A stretch of 33,228 nt of DNA from Bacillota bacterium. GTDB taxonomy: Bacteria > Bacillota > Clostridia > Clostridiales > Clostridiaceae. The translations under genes and the position numbers were made by a program. A model generated the notes under the pieces. That model saw only the letters and a list, made by a program, of their open reading frames with translations. It was not told where the DNA came from and made no database searches. Of the stretch, positions 1 through 8,489 are shown in pieces. Each line of letters begins with the position of its first letter. The stretch's first letter is position 1. Location: positions 1 to 33,228 of the forward strand of contig JAJYBA010000001.1 of assembly GCA_021779235.1 (NCBI GenBank), in the 5' to 3' direction.

Positions 1-849
1 CCGATCTATTACCGCTAGATCCATCAAACATAAATCCTTTTGCTTTCCCTCATGCACAAAACTCCTAACCTTTAAATAGTCCTCATATGCTTTTTTAATA
101 GGAGTTGAAAATTTCCCGTCTTCAATTTCTATATTTTTTATATTTGTATTAAAAGTAGTATGACGACAGTGATCTGACCAATATGTATCTATAACTTTTA
201 TCTCAGTAATAGTTGGATTTCTCTTTTCAATTTCCTTAAAATATGTGCTGCAAAATTTTAAATCTTCAAAATTCATAGCAAATCCATGTTCATCCATAAA
301 ACCTTGAAGTTCACTATCATCCATATCTATAAATCCCTCTAAAACTTTTACATCCTGAGCCTCTTCTATTTCCACATACAGATTATCTGGCTTTTCCATT
401 GAAGCTTCTCTAGAATCTACACTATTAATACAGTAATCCTTTATTTTTTCAAATTCCACCTCAGAAATTTTCCCCTGTAGCACAATAACTTTTGCTGCTG
501 CTACTTCTGGTCTTTCACTTTGAGTAAGCATCTGAATGCACTGGGCTGCTGAATCGGCCCTTTGGTCATATTGGCCTGGTAAATATTCTATAGCAAATGA
601 CCATTGATTTTCACTTATCACTAATTCCTCATCATAGACATAATCTACAGTTGGTTCAGAAAAAATTGTATTGCGTGAGTTATCATATTCTTTTTCTGAT
701 ATTCCAGAAACGTCGTATCTATTTATTATTCTTAAAGAATTCAATCCTTCTATACCCAAATTTAAATTTAAATCCTCTAGTAGTTTTTTGCTTTCTACAT
801 TATAGTTCGGCTTTTTTTCAACAAACACTCTATAAATATTCTTTATCAT
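1..849 (-). CDS. purL: Phosphoribosylformylglycinamidine synthase (large clostridial PurL), N-terminal part; runs off the window edge
   Basis: Manual translation from ATG at 849 (SD GGGGAG upstream): MIKNIYRVFVEKK...EYLPGQYDQRADSAAQCIQ...RNPTITEIKVIDTYWSDHCRHTTF. Open to position 1. Absent from the ORF track, probably because no stop lies in the window. Confidence 0.93.
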   Translation of the reverse strand, partial: MIKNIYRVFVEKKPNYNVESKKLLEDLNLNLGIEGLNSLRIINRYDVSGISEKEYDNSRNTIFSEPTVDYVYDEELVISENQWSFAIEYLPGQYDQRADSAAQCIQMLTQSERPEVAAAKVIVLQGKISEVEFEKIKDYCINSVDSREASMEKPDNLYVEIEEAQDVKVLEGFIDMDDSELQGFMDEHGFAMNFEDLKFCSTYFKEIEKRNPTITEIKVIDTYWSDHCRHTTFNTNIKNIEIEDGKFSTPIKKAYEDYLKVRSFVHEGKQKDLCLMDLAVIDR

Positions 850-870
850 AATAACACTCCCCTATATAAA

Positions 871-920
871 GTAATTTTACGAACATTGTCTTTTTATTTA
901 TATTTATAATTCGTTATATT
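871..920. promoter_or_regulatory. PurR-type operator (paired inverted PurBoxes) upstream of purL
   Basis: TTACGAACATT (877-887) and inverted AATTCGTTA (908-916). GAAC(881-884)-N24-ATTC(909-912) matches the Bacillus-type PurR GAAC-N24/25-GTTC geometry and lies in front of a purine biosynthesis gene. Confidence 0.7.
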
Positions 921-922
921 TA

Positions 923-951
923 ATTATAGTACACTTTACCTTATAATTAAA
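923..951 (-). promoter_or_regulatory. Putative sigma-A promoter of purL
   Basis: Minus strand TTTAAT-N17-TATAAT. Confidence 0.5.
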
Positions 952-1105
952 GTTTTATTTTTAAAATAATAAAAAAAGAAAAAGTATATATTACTAATAA
1001 TGCTTTCACTTCGCCAAGTAATTTTAAAATTACTAAGACATGTTTAAATGCATTTTACGTAATACATACTTTTTTTTAACGTCTATAGGTTGTAATTTAT
1101 AAAGT

Positions 1106-1140
1106 AAAAAGAAAAACACTACGTTTAACGTAGTGTTTTC
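1106..1140 (-). terminator. Intrinsic terminator after rnpB
   Basis: AAAACACTACGTT/AACGTAGTGTTTT hairpin followed by a U-rich tract on the minus strand. Confidence 0.8.
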
Positions 1141-1147
1141 CATATAT

Positions 1148-1529
1148 GCGAGATAAGTCTATAAGCCGAGTTCTGTATTTGACAATCATCTATCTAGGCC
1201 TATTGTTACCAATAAGCTCAAGCGATACACCCGAGAGCGAGACGGGCCGTCCCATATAGCTCTCCTATTCGATCTTGCTCCAAGTGGGGTTTACATAGCC
1301 GCAAAGTCGCCATTGCGCTGGTGAGCTCTTACCTCGCCTTTCCACCCTTACCAGTCAGCTAAAGCTGAACTCATCAAGCAAAGCTTGATTCTGGCGGTAT
1401 ATCTCTGTTGCACTTTCCTTAGAGTCGCCTCCACTGGGGGTTACCCAGCACCCTGCCCTATGGAGCTCGGACTTTCCTCTCCTGACATACTGCTAAGCAA
1501 TATTCAGCAGCGATTGTCTGGCTTACTCA
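1148..1529 (-). ncRNA. rnpB: RNase P RNA, bacterial type A
   Basis: Conserved motifs on the minus strand: GAGGAAAGTCCGAGCTCC, AGTGCAACAGAGA, AAGGGTGGAAAGG, GTAAACCCC, and 3' ACAGAACTCGGCTTATAG. P1 pairing GAGTAAG/CTTATCTC. Ends approximate. Confidence 0.97.
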
Positions 1530-1537
1530 CAAAACTT

Positions 1538-1566
1538 ATAGTATCATACTATAGAGTGAAAATCAA
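1538..1566 (-). promoter_or_regulatory. Sigma-A promoter of rnpB
   Basis: TTGATT-N17-TACTAT with extended -10 TG, about 8 nt upstream of the predicted RNA 5' end. Confidence 0.65.
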
Positions 1567-1586
1567 ATGGTTTTTTTATCCATTTA

Positions 1587-2402
1587 TTATTTCAACTTAT
1601 AAGTATCCTTCGTATTTTCTGAAATTAGTACATCATTATAATATCCTTTTTCTCGTAATTGCACTTCTAAAATTTTTCCAAAAATTTTAAAAGGAGTCCA
1701 TTCTGTTATAAAATGTCCCGCATCAATTAATGCTATGTCTTCTTCTTTCAAATCACTTGCACCATGGTACTTTGTATCCCCTGTAATTATGCAATCTGCA
1801 TGAAAGGCTTTACTTATCTTAAAAAAATCTTCTCCGCTACCGTTTATAATAGCAATAGTTTTTATTAATTTATTATCCTCTCCTACATACCTAATATATT
1901 CTGCATTAAAAAGTTTTTTAACCTTTTCACATAGGTCCGTTAATACAATGGGATTCTCCAGAGTTACTAGCCTTCCAATACCATGCTCACTATTGTCGTA
2001 GCCTAAAATTGTTGTTGGCTCCATTACTTTATATTCAGTGAAACCTAAAATTTCTGTGGCAATATCATTAAGACCGCCTTTAACTGAATCTAAATTAGTG
2101 TGACTTGAGTAAACATTTATATTATTTTTAATAAGTTCAATAATCTTTTTACCTACCAAAGTATCACTAGTTATTGCCTTGGGTTTTATAAAAAGCAGTG
2201 GATGATGAGTTAATATCAAATTACATCCTTTATCTTTTGCTTCTCTAATTACATCCAAAGTACAATCTAAAGCAATCAATATTTTTGTAACTTCAGCATC
2301 TTTGTCCCCAACCATTAGTCCTACATTATCATAATCCTCTTTTAGTACAGGTGGGGCTAATTGTTCCATAATATGCTCAATAGTCCTTACTTTTAAAAGC
2401 AT
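1587..2402 (-). CDS. Nif3-like dinuclear metal-centre protein (YqfO/YbgI family, short form)
   Basis: DNVGLMVG, THHPLLF, HTNLD, DAGHF..E motifs; position after trmK. Confidence 0.93.
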   Translation of the reverse strand: MLLKVRTIEHIMEQLAPPVLKEDYDNVGLMVGDKDAEVTKILIALDCTLDVIREAKDKGCNLILTHHPLLFIKPKAITSDTLVGKKIIELIKNNINVYSSHTNLDSVKGGLNDIATEILGFTEYKVMEPTTILGYDNSEHGIGRLVTLENPIVLTDLCEKVKKLFNAEYIRYVGEDNKLIKTIAIINGSGEDFFKISKAFHADCIITGDTKYHGASDLKEEDIALIDAGHFITEWTPFKIFGKILEVQLREKGYYNDVLISENTKDTYKLK

Positions 2403-3082
2403 TTTAAAAACTCCTTAAGTCTTCTAATAATATGATCAAGCTGTGCTTTTCTATTTTTTGATGAAAGGCTATCTTCACTTAAAGCATTATAAATCTGTGA
2501 ATATTTATATAACTTATATTCTATAAATTTTTCCATTACTATGTGTTTTTTGTCTAATAATATTTTACTTATCTCGTAATATATGCTATCCAGGATCTCT
2601 GGTTTATTATTATATTTAACCTTAATAATTTCATAGAACTTACCATCATCCATGCAAATTTCTTCATCTAGAACATCATATCCTGTATTATATAAATATT
2701 CTCTTAAAACCTCAGCATTTTGAACTGGCTGAAGTATTATATATTTTAACTCTTTTACAACTTTTAAGTCAGCCTCTAAAATATCTCTTATTAAATTACC
2801 ACCCATTCCTGCAATAATTGCTACCTGCACCTCGCCCTTCTTAACTGTAGATAATCCACTTCCCAGTCTACAATTAATTTGTTCACTCACATTATTACTA
2901 AGAACATTTTTGCTGGCTTTCTCAACGGGTCCCCTATTTATATCAGACGCAATGGCACTTTTTATCACACCATTTTTCACTAAATAAATTGGCACATACC
3001 CATGATCTGTGCCTACGTCTACGACACTATTACAGTCTTCTATCATACTTGCAATTGCTTTTAATCTTATACTTAGCTCCAT
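2393..3082 (-). CDS. trmK: tRNA (adenine22-N1)-methyltransferase
   Basis: DVGTDHGYVP and IAGMGG motifs. Start placed at MELSIRL (3082) by SD spacing; the ORF track uses 3091. Confidence 0.92.
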   Translation of the reverse strand: MELSIRLKAIASMIEDCNSVVDVGTDHGYVPIYLVKNGVIKSAIASDINRGPVEKASKNVLSNNVSEQINCRLGSGLSTVKKGEVQVAIIAGMGGNLIRDILEADLKVVKELKYIILQPVQNAEVLREYLYNTGYDVLDEEICMDDGKFYEIIKVKYNNKPEILDSIYYEISKILLDKKHIVMEKFIEYKLYKYSQIYNALSEDSLSSKNRKAQLDHIIRRLKEFLKCF

Positions 3083-3093
3083 AGTTTTCATCC

Positions 3094-3981
3094 TTATCTA
3101 AAGTTTATTAATATTTTAAACTGCATAATTAAAAATATCATTGCCACAATTAATGATAAATAAATATATTTATATGCTGATTTTCTATCATATTTTGCAC
3201 AAAAGTAACTTGCGTAATACATGCAAAAGAGCAAAGCCATATTTAATACCCCGTAAATCATTTGGGTAAATGCAAATTGTTTACCTGTACCTATCTTTAT
3301 TGGGTTAAACTTTGCATCAAAGTTTAAAGGCATAGTATTAGGCAGGCTTTGTTTTAAATATAATATAAATGGGTTTAGGGTCAAGATTAATATTATTACA
3401 CTTACTGCAATTAAAGGTAAAATAAAATGCTTGTCTTTATGAAGATTATAGCTATTATTCACTTTATATTTCCACTCCACTTGATGTACATGGTGATATA
3501 TTAATGTTTCCTCGAACTTCTTGTAGTCCAGAGGGGAAACTGCGTAATTCATATGCTTAGTTTTTATGTAAAAAATATTTTTATTATCTGTAACGAACAT
3601 TCTGCATGTTCCAATTTTATCGATGACAAATCTCCCCATGGCAAAGCTATTAGAGGCAACACCATAGAGCTTAACCCCCTTAATTATACCATTAGAGATA
3701 GTGTACCCTTCAATTTCATTTAATGGTACAATTACTTTTTTTAATGACCCAATAGCATAAATCTTAAGATTTTCGCCATCAATAGTGCATTTAAGTGATG
3801 CGTAAAGTAACATATAGTATACTTGATATATATTACATGATATCAATATCAACTTTAGTAAACTAGCTACAATATACGAGTTAGTAAATTTAAGCAATAT
3901 TAAGATCAATATATTATATAATATAGTCATGAGTAGCATAAACCCGAGCCCTCGCCCTTGCTTTGAAATATAACTATCCAT
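3094..3981 (-). CDS. Membrane protein of unknown function (2 TM, bacterial PH-like soluble domain, C-terminal DUF1648-like TM region)
   Basis: Hydrophobic segments at both ends. Central 'IIKGVKLYGVASNSFAMGRF...YAVSPLD..KF' resembles bacterial PH domains. 'LPNTMPLNFDAKFNP' resembles DUF1648. Domain calls are by eye. Confidence 0.6.
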   Translation of the reverse strand: MDSYISKQGRGLGFMLLMTILYNILILILLKFTNSYIVASLLKLILISCNIYQVYYMLLYASLKCTIDGENLKIYAIGSLKKVIVPLNEIEGYTISNGIIKGVKLYGVASNSFAMGRFVIDKIGTCRMFVTDNKNIFYIKTKHMNYAVSPLDYKKFEETLIYHHVHQVEWKYKVNNSYNLHKDKHFILPLIAVSVIILILTLNPFILYLKQSLPNTMPLNFDAKFNPIKIGTGKQFAFTQMIYGVLNMALLFCMYYASYFCAKYDRKSAYKYIYLSLIVAMIFLIMQFKILINFR

Positions 3982-4002
3982 TTAATCACCTTCTTAAAGC
4001 AC

Positions 4003-4032
4003 ATTATAGCATATTTAAATTGCTCTTGTAAA
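4003..4032 (-). promoter_or_regulatory. Putative sigma-A promoter for the membrane protein-trmK-nif3 unit
   Basis: TTTACA-N18-TATAAT with extended TG, just downstream of the rpoD terminator. Confidence 0.55.
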
Positions 4033-4060
4033 TATTTCTTCCATATTTTTGCACTAAAGA

Positions 4061-4085
4061 TAAAAAACACCTTATGCAAGGTGTT
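4061..4085 (-). terminator. Intrinsic terminator after rpoD
   Basis: AACACCTT-loop-AAGGTGTT followed by a U-tract on the minus strand. Confidence 0.75.
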
Positions 4086-5183
4086 CTAATCTAAATAGTC
4101 TTTTAGTTTTTTACTTCTACTTGGATGTCTTAATTTACGTAAAGCTTTGGCTTCAATTTGTCTAATTCTCTCTCTAGTTACATTAAACTCTTTTCCAACT
4201 TCCTCAAGTGTTCTTGCTCTTCCATCATCTAGCCCAAATCTTAATCTCAAAACTTTTTCTTCTCTAGGAGTCAAGGTATCTAAAACGTTGATTAATTGCT
4301 CTTTTAACATTGTAAATGCAGCAGCTTCTGCTGGTGCTAAAGCATCATCATCAGGGATAAAATCACCTAAATGGCTATCTTCTTCTTCACCTATAGGGGT
4401 CTCAAGAGACACTGGTTCTTGTGCAATTTTCATGATTTCCCTAACTTTTTCCACAGGCATCTCCATAATTTTAGCAACTTCATCTGGTTGTGGTTCACGT
4501 CCAAGTTCTTGAAGTAACTGTCTAGAAACTCTAATAAGCTTATTTATAGTTTCAACCATATGAACAGGTATTCTTATTGTTCTAGCTTGGTCTGCTATAG
4601 CTCTAGTTATAGCCTGCCTAATCCACCAAGTAGCATACGTACTAAACTTATATCCTTTTCTATAATCAAATTTTTCTACAGCTTTTATTAATCCCAAATT
4701 TCCTTCTTGAATAAGATCTAGGAATTGCATTCCCCTTCCTACATATCTCTTAGCTATACTTACCACTAGCCTTAAATTAGCCTCTGCTAGTTTTTTCTTA
4801 GCAATAGGATCTCCTTCTTCAATTTTCTTAGCAAGTTCAACTTCTTCAGTGGATGATAATAATGAGACTTTTCCAATTTCTTTTAAATACATCCTAACTG
4901 GATCATCTATAGATATACCTTCTGGTATACTTATATCAAGTTCCTCACTTTCTGGTTCTATCTCGGTTTCAATTCCAATACCAGGTGTAGTTTCCTGCAT
5001 ATCTCCAACAACATCTATATCCATTGATTCTAAAACTTCATAAACTTTTTCTATTTGCTCTGGACTTAAATCTATTTCATAAAGTTCATCCATTACTTCT
5101 TTATAAGTTAAGGATCCTTTTTTCTTTCCTTTTTCAATAAGTTTTTTGACTATAGTCATTTTTGAACCTTTATCCTTCATCAT
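4086..5183 (-). CDS. rpoD: Primary RNA polymerase sigma factor SigA/RpoD
   Basis: [55 protein letters not shown]. Confidence 0.99.
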   Translation of the reverse strand: MMKDKGSKMTIVKKLIEKGKKKGSLTYKEVMDELYEIDLSPEQIEKVYEVLESMDIDVVGDMQETTPGIGIETEIEPESEELDISIPEGISIDDPVRMYLKEIGKVSLLSSTEEVELAKKIEEGDPIAKKKLAEANLRLVVSIAKRYVGRGMQFLDLIQEGNLGLIKAVEKFDYRKGYKFSTYATWWIRQAITRAIADQARTIRIPVHMVETINKLIRVSRQLLQELGREPQPDEVAKIMEMPVEKVREIMKIAQEPVSLETPIGEEEDSHLGDFIPDDDALAPAEAAAFTMLKEQLINVLDTLTPREEKVLRLRFGLDDGRARTLEEVGKEFNVTRERIRQIEAKALRKLRHPSRSKKLKDYLD

Positions 5184-5202
5184 ATTACCTCCTTCCTAAA
5201 TA

Positions 5203-6972
5203 CTATAATTGTTTTATATCCTTTTGTACCTCTATAAGTTTTTGCGCTAATTTTATAGATTCCTCTAGCAAGCCTTTTGCTTCATATTGTTTGATTTTAT
5301 TCATAATTTCTTTTTTCGACTCCTCTAACTTGAATTTTTTCAGTTCTTTTATGCAGTCATTTATAAGCTTTTTATGATCCTCTTCATCTCCAGCAAACTC
5401 AATTTCCATGGTATTTATCCATTCTTTTGCACATTCTATATCATTACATCTATATTCAATATTTTTAATTTTTTCATCTACACTTAAATTTTTAAACTTC
5501 ACAATCAAGTTGTATATGCTTTTATGACTTTGAAGCACTAATTGTTCTAGGTCTATGTTTTCTGTAATATAATCACAATTTTCTTCATTTATAAACATAA
5601 ATTTTAATAAATTTCTTTCAGCCTTAATATATGCTGGCTCTAAATATAATTTTTGTCCAAAATCTTGTTGTATATTCATTTCTTGTGATTTATTTGAATT
5701 TTTATTAATTTCTTCGCTTAACAAGTCATATATTGCTTGTTCTTTGATACCAGTTTCTTCAGAAATCTTTTTTATATAGACATCCTTTTCAACCGGATCT
5801 AACTCTGTAATAATTTCAGTAACCTTTTTCACATACTGTATTATCATTTCACTATTTGAAAAATTTATTCCGTCACCGGCTCTTTTAAGCCTATAATCTA
5901 TTAAAGGAAGGGCATCATCCACTAATTTCTGAAAAGCCTGCTTTCCACTGTTTTTTATATATTCATCTGGATCCTTACCTTTTGGAACTATAAGTACTCT
6001 TAGATCGAAGCCTTCATTTCTTAATATCTCTAGTCCCCTTAAAGTTGCTGACTGACCTGCAAAATCAGCATCAAATGAAATAATAACTGTGTCTACATAT
6101 TTTTTTAATAATTTTGCTTGGTTGATTGTTAGTGCTGTACCCAATGAAGCAACAGCATTACAAAAACCATATTGATGGAGCGAAATACAATCCATATATC
6201 CCTCTACAATTATTATTGTTCGAGATTTATTATTTTTGATTACAAAATTTAATCCATAAAGGTGCACTCCTTTATGAAATAACAGTGTCTCAGGTGAATT
6301 TAAATATTTGGGTTTTGAATCATCTAAAACTCTTCCTCCAAATCCGATGACTTTACCCTTATAATCAAATACAGGAAACATTATTCTGTTTCTAAATCTA
6401 TCATAATAGGACCCTTTAGGACTTTTAATAATTAATCCCACATTAAATAGATCGAGTTCTGAGTATCCTTTCTTTTTTAGGTATAATAACAAGCCATCCC
6501 ATTTGTCAAAAGAAAACCCTAATCCAAATTTCTTCATAGTAGCTTCAGAGATACCTCTATTTAAGAAATATGCTTCAGCCTTCTTATCCTTTCTTAAATT
6601 GTCGTAAAAATACCTAGCCGCTTCTACATTAATATTGTACATTTTATTATACATGTCATGTTGTACTTTATTCTCTTTATTTTCTAAATCTATACTAATG
6701 TTAGCCCTTTCAGCTAATATCCTTGCTGCATCAGGAAAAGTTACATTCCTATCCTTCATAATATAACTGATTACATTCCCAGCTTCTCCACATCCAAAGC
6801 ATTTATATATTTGTTTATCTTGTGACACAGTGAAAGAAGGACTCTTCTCATTATGAAAAGGACAAAGGCCAGTATAATTTCTTCCTGTTCTTTTAAGTTT
6901 AACTCTCTCAGATATTACATCCACAATATCATTTTGTTCCTTTATTTTTCGGATGACATCTTCAGCAATCAA
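5203..6972 (-). CDS. dnaG: DNA primase
   Basis: Zinc-binding CPFHNEKSPSF...CFGC, KYLNSPET, EGYMD, DAD and DPD TOPRIM motifs; TTG start. Confidence 0.99.
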   Translation of the reverse strand: MIAEDVIRKIKEQNDIVDVISERVKLKRTGRNYTGLCPFHNEKSPSFTVSQDKQIYKCFGCGEAGNVISYIMKDRNVTFPDAARILAERANISIDLENKENKVQHDMYNKMYNINVEAARYFYDNLRKDKKAEAYFLNRGISEATMKKFGLGFSFDKWDGLLLYLKKKGYSELDLFNVGLIIKSPKGSYYDRFRNRIMFPVFDYKGKVIGFGGRVLDDSKPKYLNSPETLLFHKGVHLYGLNFVIKNNKSRTIIIVEGYMDCISLHQYGFCNAVASLGTALTINQAKLLKKYVDTVIISFDADFAGQSATLRGLEILRNEGFDLRVLIVPKGKDPDEYIKNSGKQAFQKLVDDALPLIDYRLKRAGDGINFSNSEMIIQYVKKVTEIITELDPVEKDVYIKKISEETGIKEQAIYDLLSEEINKNSNKSQEMNIQQDFGQKLYLEPAYIKAERNLLKFMFINEENCDYITENIDLEQLVLQSHKSIYNLIVKFKNLSVDEKIKNIEYRCNDIECAKEWINTMEIEFAGDEEDHKKLINDCIKELKKFKLEESKKEIMNKIKQYEAKGLLEESIKLAQKLIEVQKDIKQL

Positions 6973-7016
6973 TAGATTATTACCACCTTACTTATATAAA
7001 TTCACAATATATTTTT

Positions 7017-7043
7017 ATTCGACAAAAAAGTGTATTATCCTGC
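7017..7043 (-). promoter_or_regulatory. Sigma-H-type promoter upstream of dnaG (proximal)
   Basis: GCAGGA-N17-GAAT on the minus strand. Confidence 0.65.
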
Positions 7044-7088
7044 TTTAAATCCACTTTTTTTAATAATAATTATGTTCGCATATAATAT

Positions 7089-7115
7089 ATTCTTTATAAA
7101 ATACAAATATCCTTC
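7089..7115 (-). promoter_or_regulatory. Sigma-H-type promoter upstream of dnaG (distal)
   Basis: GAAGGA-N17-GAAT on the minus strand. Confidence 0.6.
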
Positions 7116-7199
7116 AATATTTGTATTTTTTATTTTTTTCTTTATAAATCTTCGATTAATATATTTTTCTCAAAACTAGTAGTATTTTATTCTCTTATT

Positions 7200-8228
7200 T
7201 TAATAAATAACAACCTTAGGCACATATAAATTATTAAAAAGCATTAAACAGTAATCATCACTCATACCAGAAATGTAATCTGCTACCCCTGTATGTAAGC
7301 CTTCTTCCTCAACTATTTTTTTGTAAAAGTCTGGCATAGCCTGTGGCTTATTATAATAGTATGTATATACTTGTGTTAACACGAATTGTGCTTTTTCCCT
7401 TTCTACCTTTAATATTTCACCTTTATATATATTTTCAAACATAAAATTTCTTAAATCACCCAATGCCTTTTCAACACTTTCACTAAGTGATACAACTATA
7501 TTACCCATATCCAAGTTATTTAAGGTGTTATAAATACAATCTTTAACTAAAGTATCTATTCTCATACCATGATTTGCACCTAATATTTCAATAGCTCCTA
7601 GGGGTAGCATTGCATCGATTAATAATCCCGCTCTTATAGAATCATCTATGTCATGATTAACGTATGCAATCTTGTCGCTATACCTAACTACCTGCCCTTC
7701 TAAAGTCGCAGCCATTCCATATTTTGAAGATAGACCACTGTGATTAAGAATTCCGTCTAGTACTTCCGAGCTTAAATTAAGTCCCTTACCTAATTTTTCG
7801 ATTTGTGTTAGCACTCTAATGCTATTTTCATTATGCCTAAATCCTTGTGGCAATATATCATTAAGCACCTCTTCACCATTATGAGCAAAGGGCACATGCC
7901 CTATATCGTGACCTAAAGCTATAGCTTCTATTAGATCCTCATTTAAACCTATACCCCGCCCTATGGTTTTTGCTATCTGTGCAACTTCTAAGGTATGTGT
8001 TAATCTTGTTCTATAGTGATCACTACTAGTAATTATGTACACTTGAGTTTTATGCTTAAGTCTCCTAAAGGATTTACTATGTATTATCCTATCTCTGTCC
8101 ACCATATAACAGGTTCTTACATCATCTTTATCTTCTAATACTTTCCGCCCCTTTGAGTTTAGGGATAACGCCCCATATGGTATAATTATCTTACCTTCAT
8201 TAGCTTCTATTCTCTGGCGAATATTCAT
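7200..8228 (-). CDS. dgt: Deoxyguanosinetriphosphate triphosphohydrolase-like HD protein
   Basis: [58 protein letters not shown]. Start moved to ATG 8228 behind SD AGGAGG. Confidence 0.93.
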   Translation of the reverse strand: MNIRQRIEANEGKIIIPYGALSLNSKGRKVLEDKDDVRTCYMVDRDRIIHSKSFRRLKHKTQVYIITSSDHYRTRLTHTLEVAQIAKTIGRGIGLNEDLIEAIALGHDIGHVPFAHNGEEVLNDILPQGFRHNENSIRVLTQIEKLGKGLNLSSEVLDGILNHSGLSSKYGMAATLEGQVVRYSDKIAYVNHDIDDSIRAGLLIDAMLPLGAIEILGANHGMRIDTLVKDCIYNTLNNLDMGNIVVSLSESVEKALGDLRNFMFENIYKGEILKVEREKAQFVLTQVYTYYYNKPQAMPDFYKKIVEEEGLHTGVADYISGMSDDYCLMLFNNLYVPKVVIY

Positions 8229-8388
8229 AAATTCCCTCCTGATGCTCTCTGTAGCACAAAACAATTATTAATTGTTTTGCCTCCTGAATTTAAGACTGCC
8301 TCTGTTATTTTTATTTAGGCATTTTCAAAAAAAATATCTAGTCACTATGTTTGTTATTCTTTTCAAGATGCAAGATACCTTAGTTAGT

Positions 8389-8415
8389 ATTCTACAAATT
8401 AAATTAATTTCCCTT
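8389..8415 (-). promoter_or_regulatory. Sigma-H-like promoter upstream of dgt
   Basis: AAGGGA-N17-GAAT on the minus strand (one deviation from AGGA). Confidence 0.4.
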
Positions 8416-8489
8416 TTTTAATATTAAATGTATAATATTAAAATTTTATTAATATTCTAATAATGTAATAATTTTTTAGGAGTGTTAAG

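Noticed and set aside
597-1690. + strand ORFs 597..851 and 1385..1690
   Set aside because: They are antisense shadows of purL and of rnpB/nif3, with no SD or protein-like composition.
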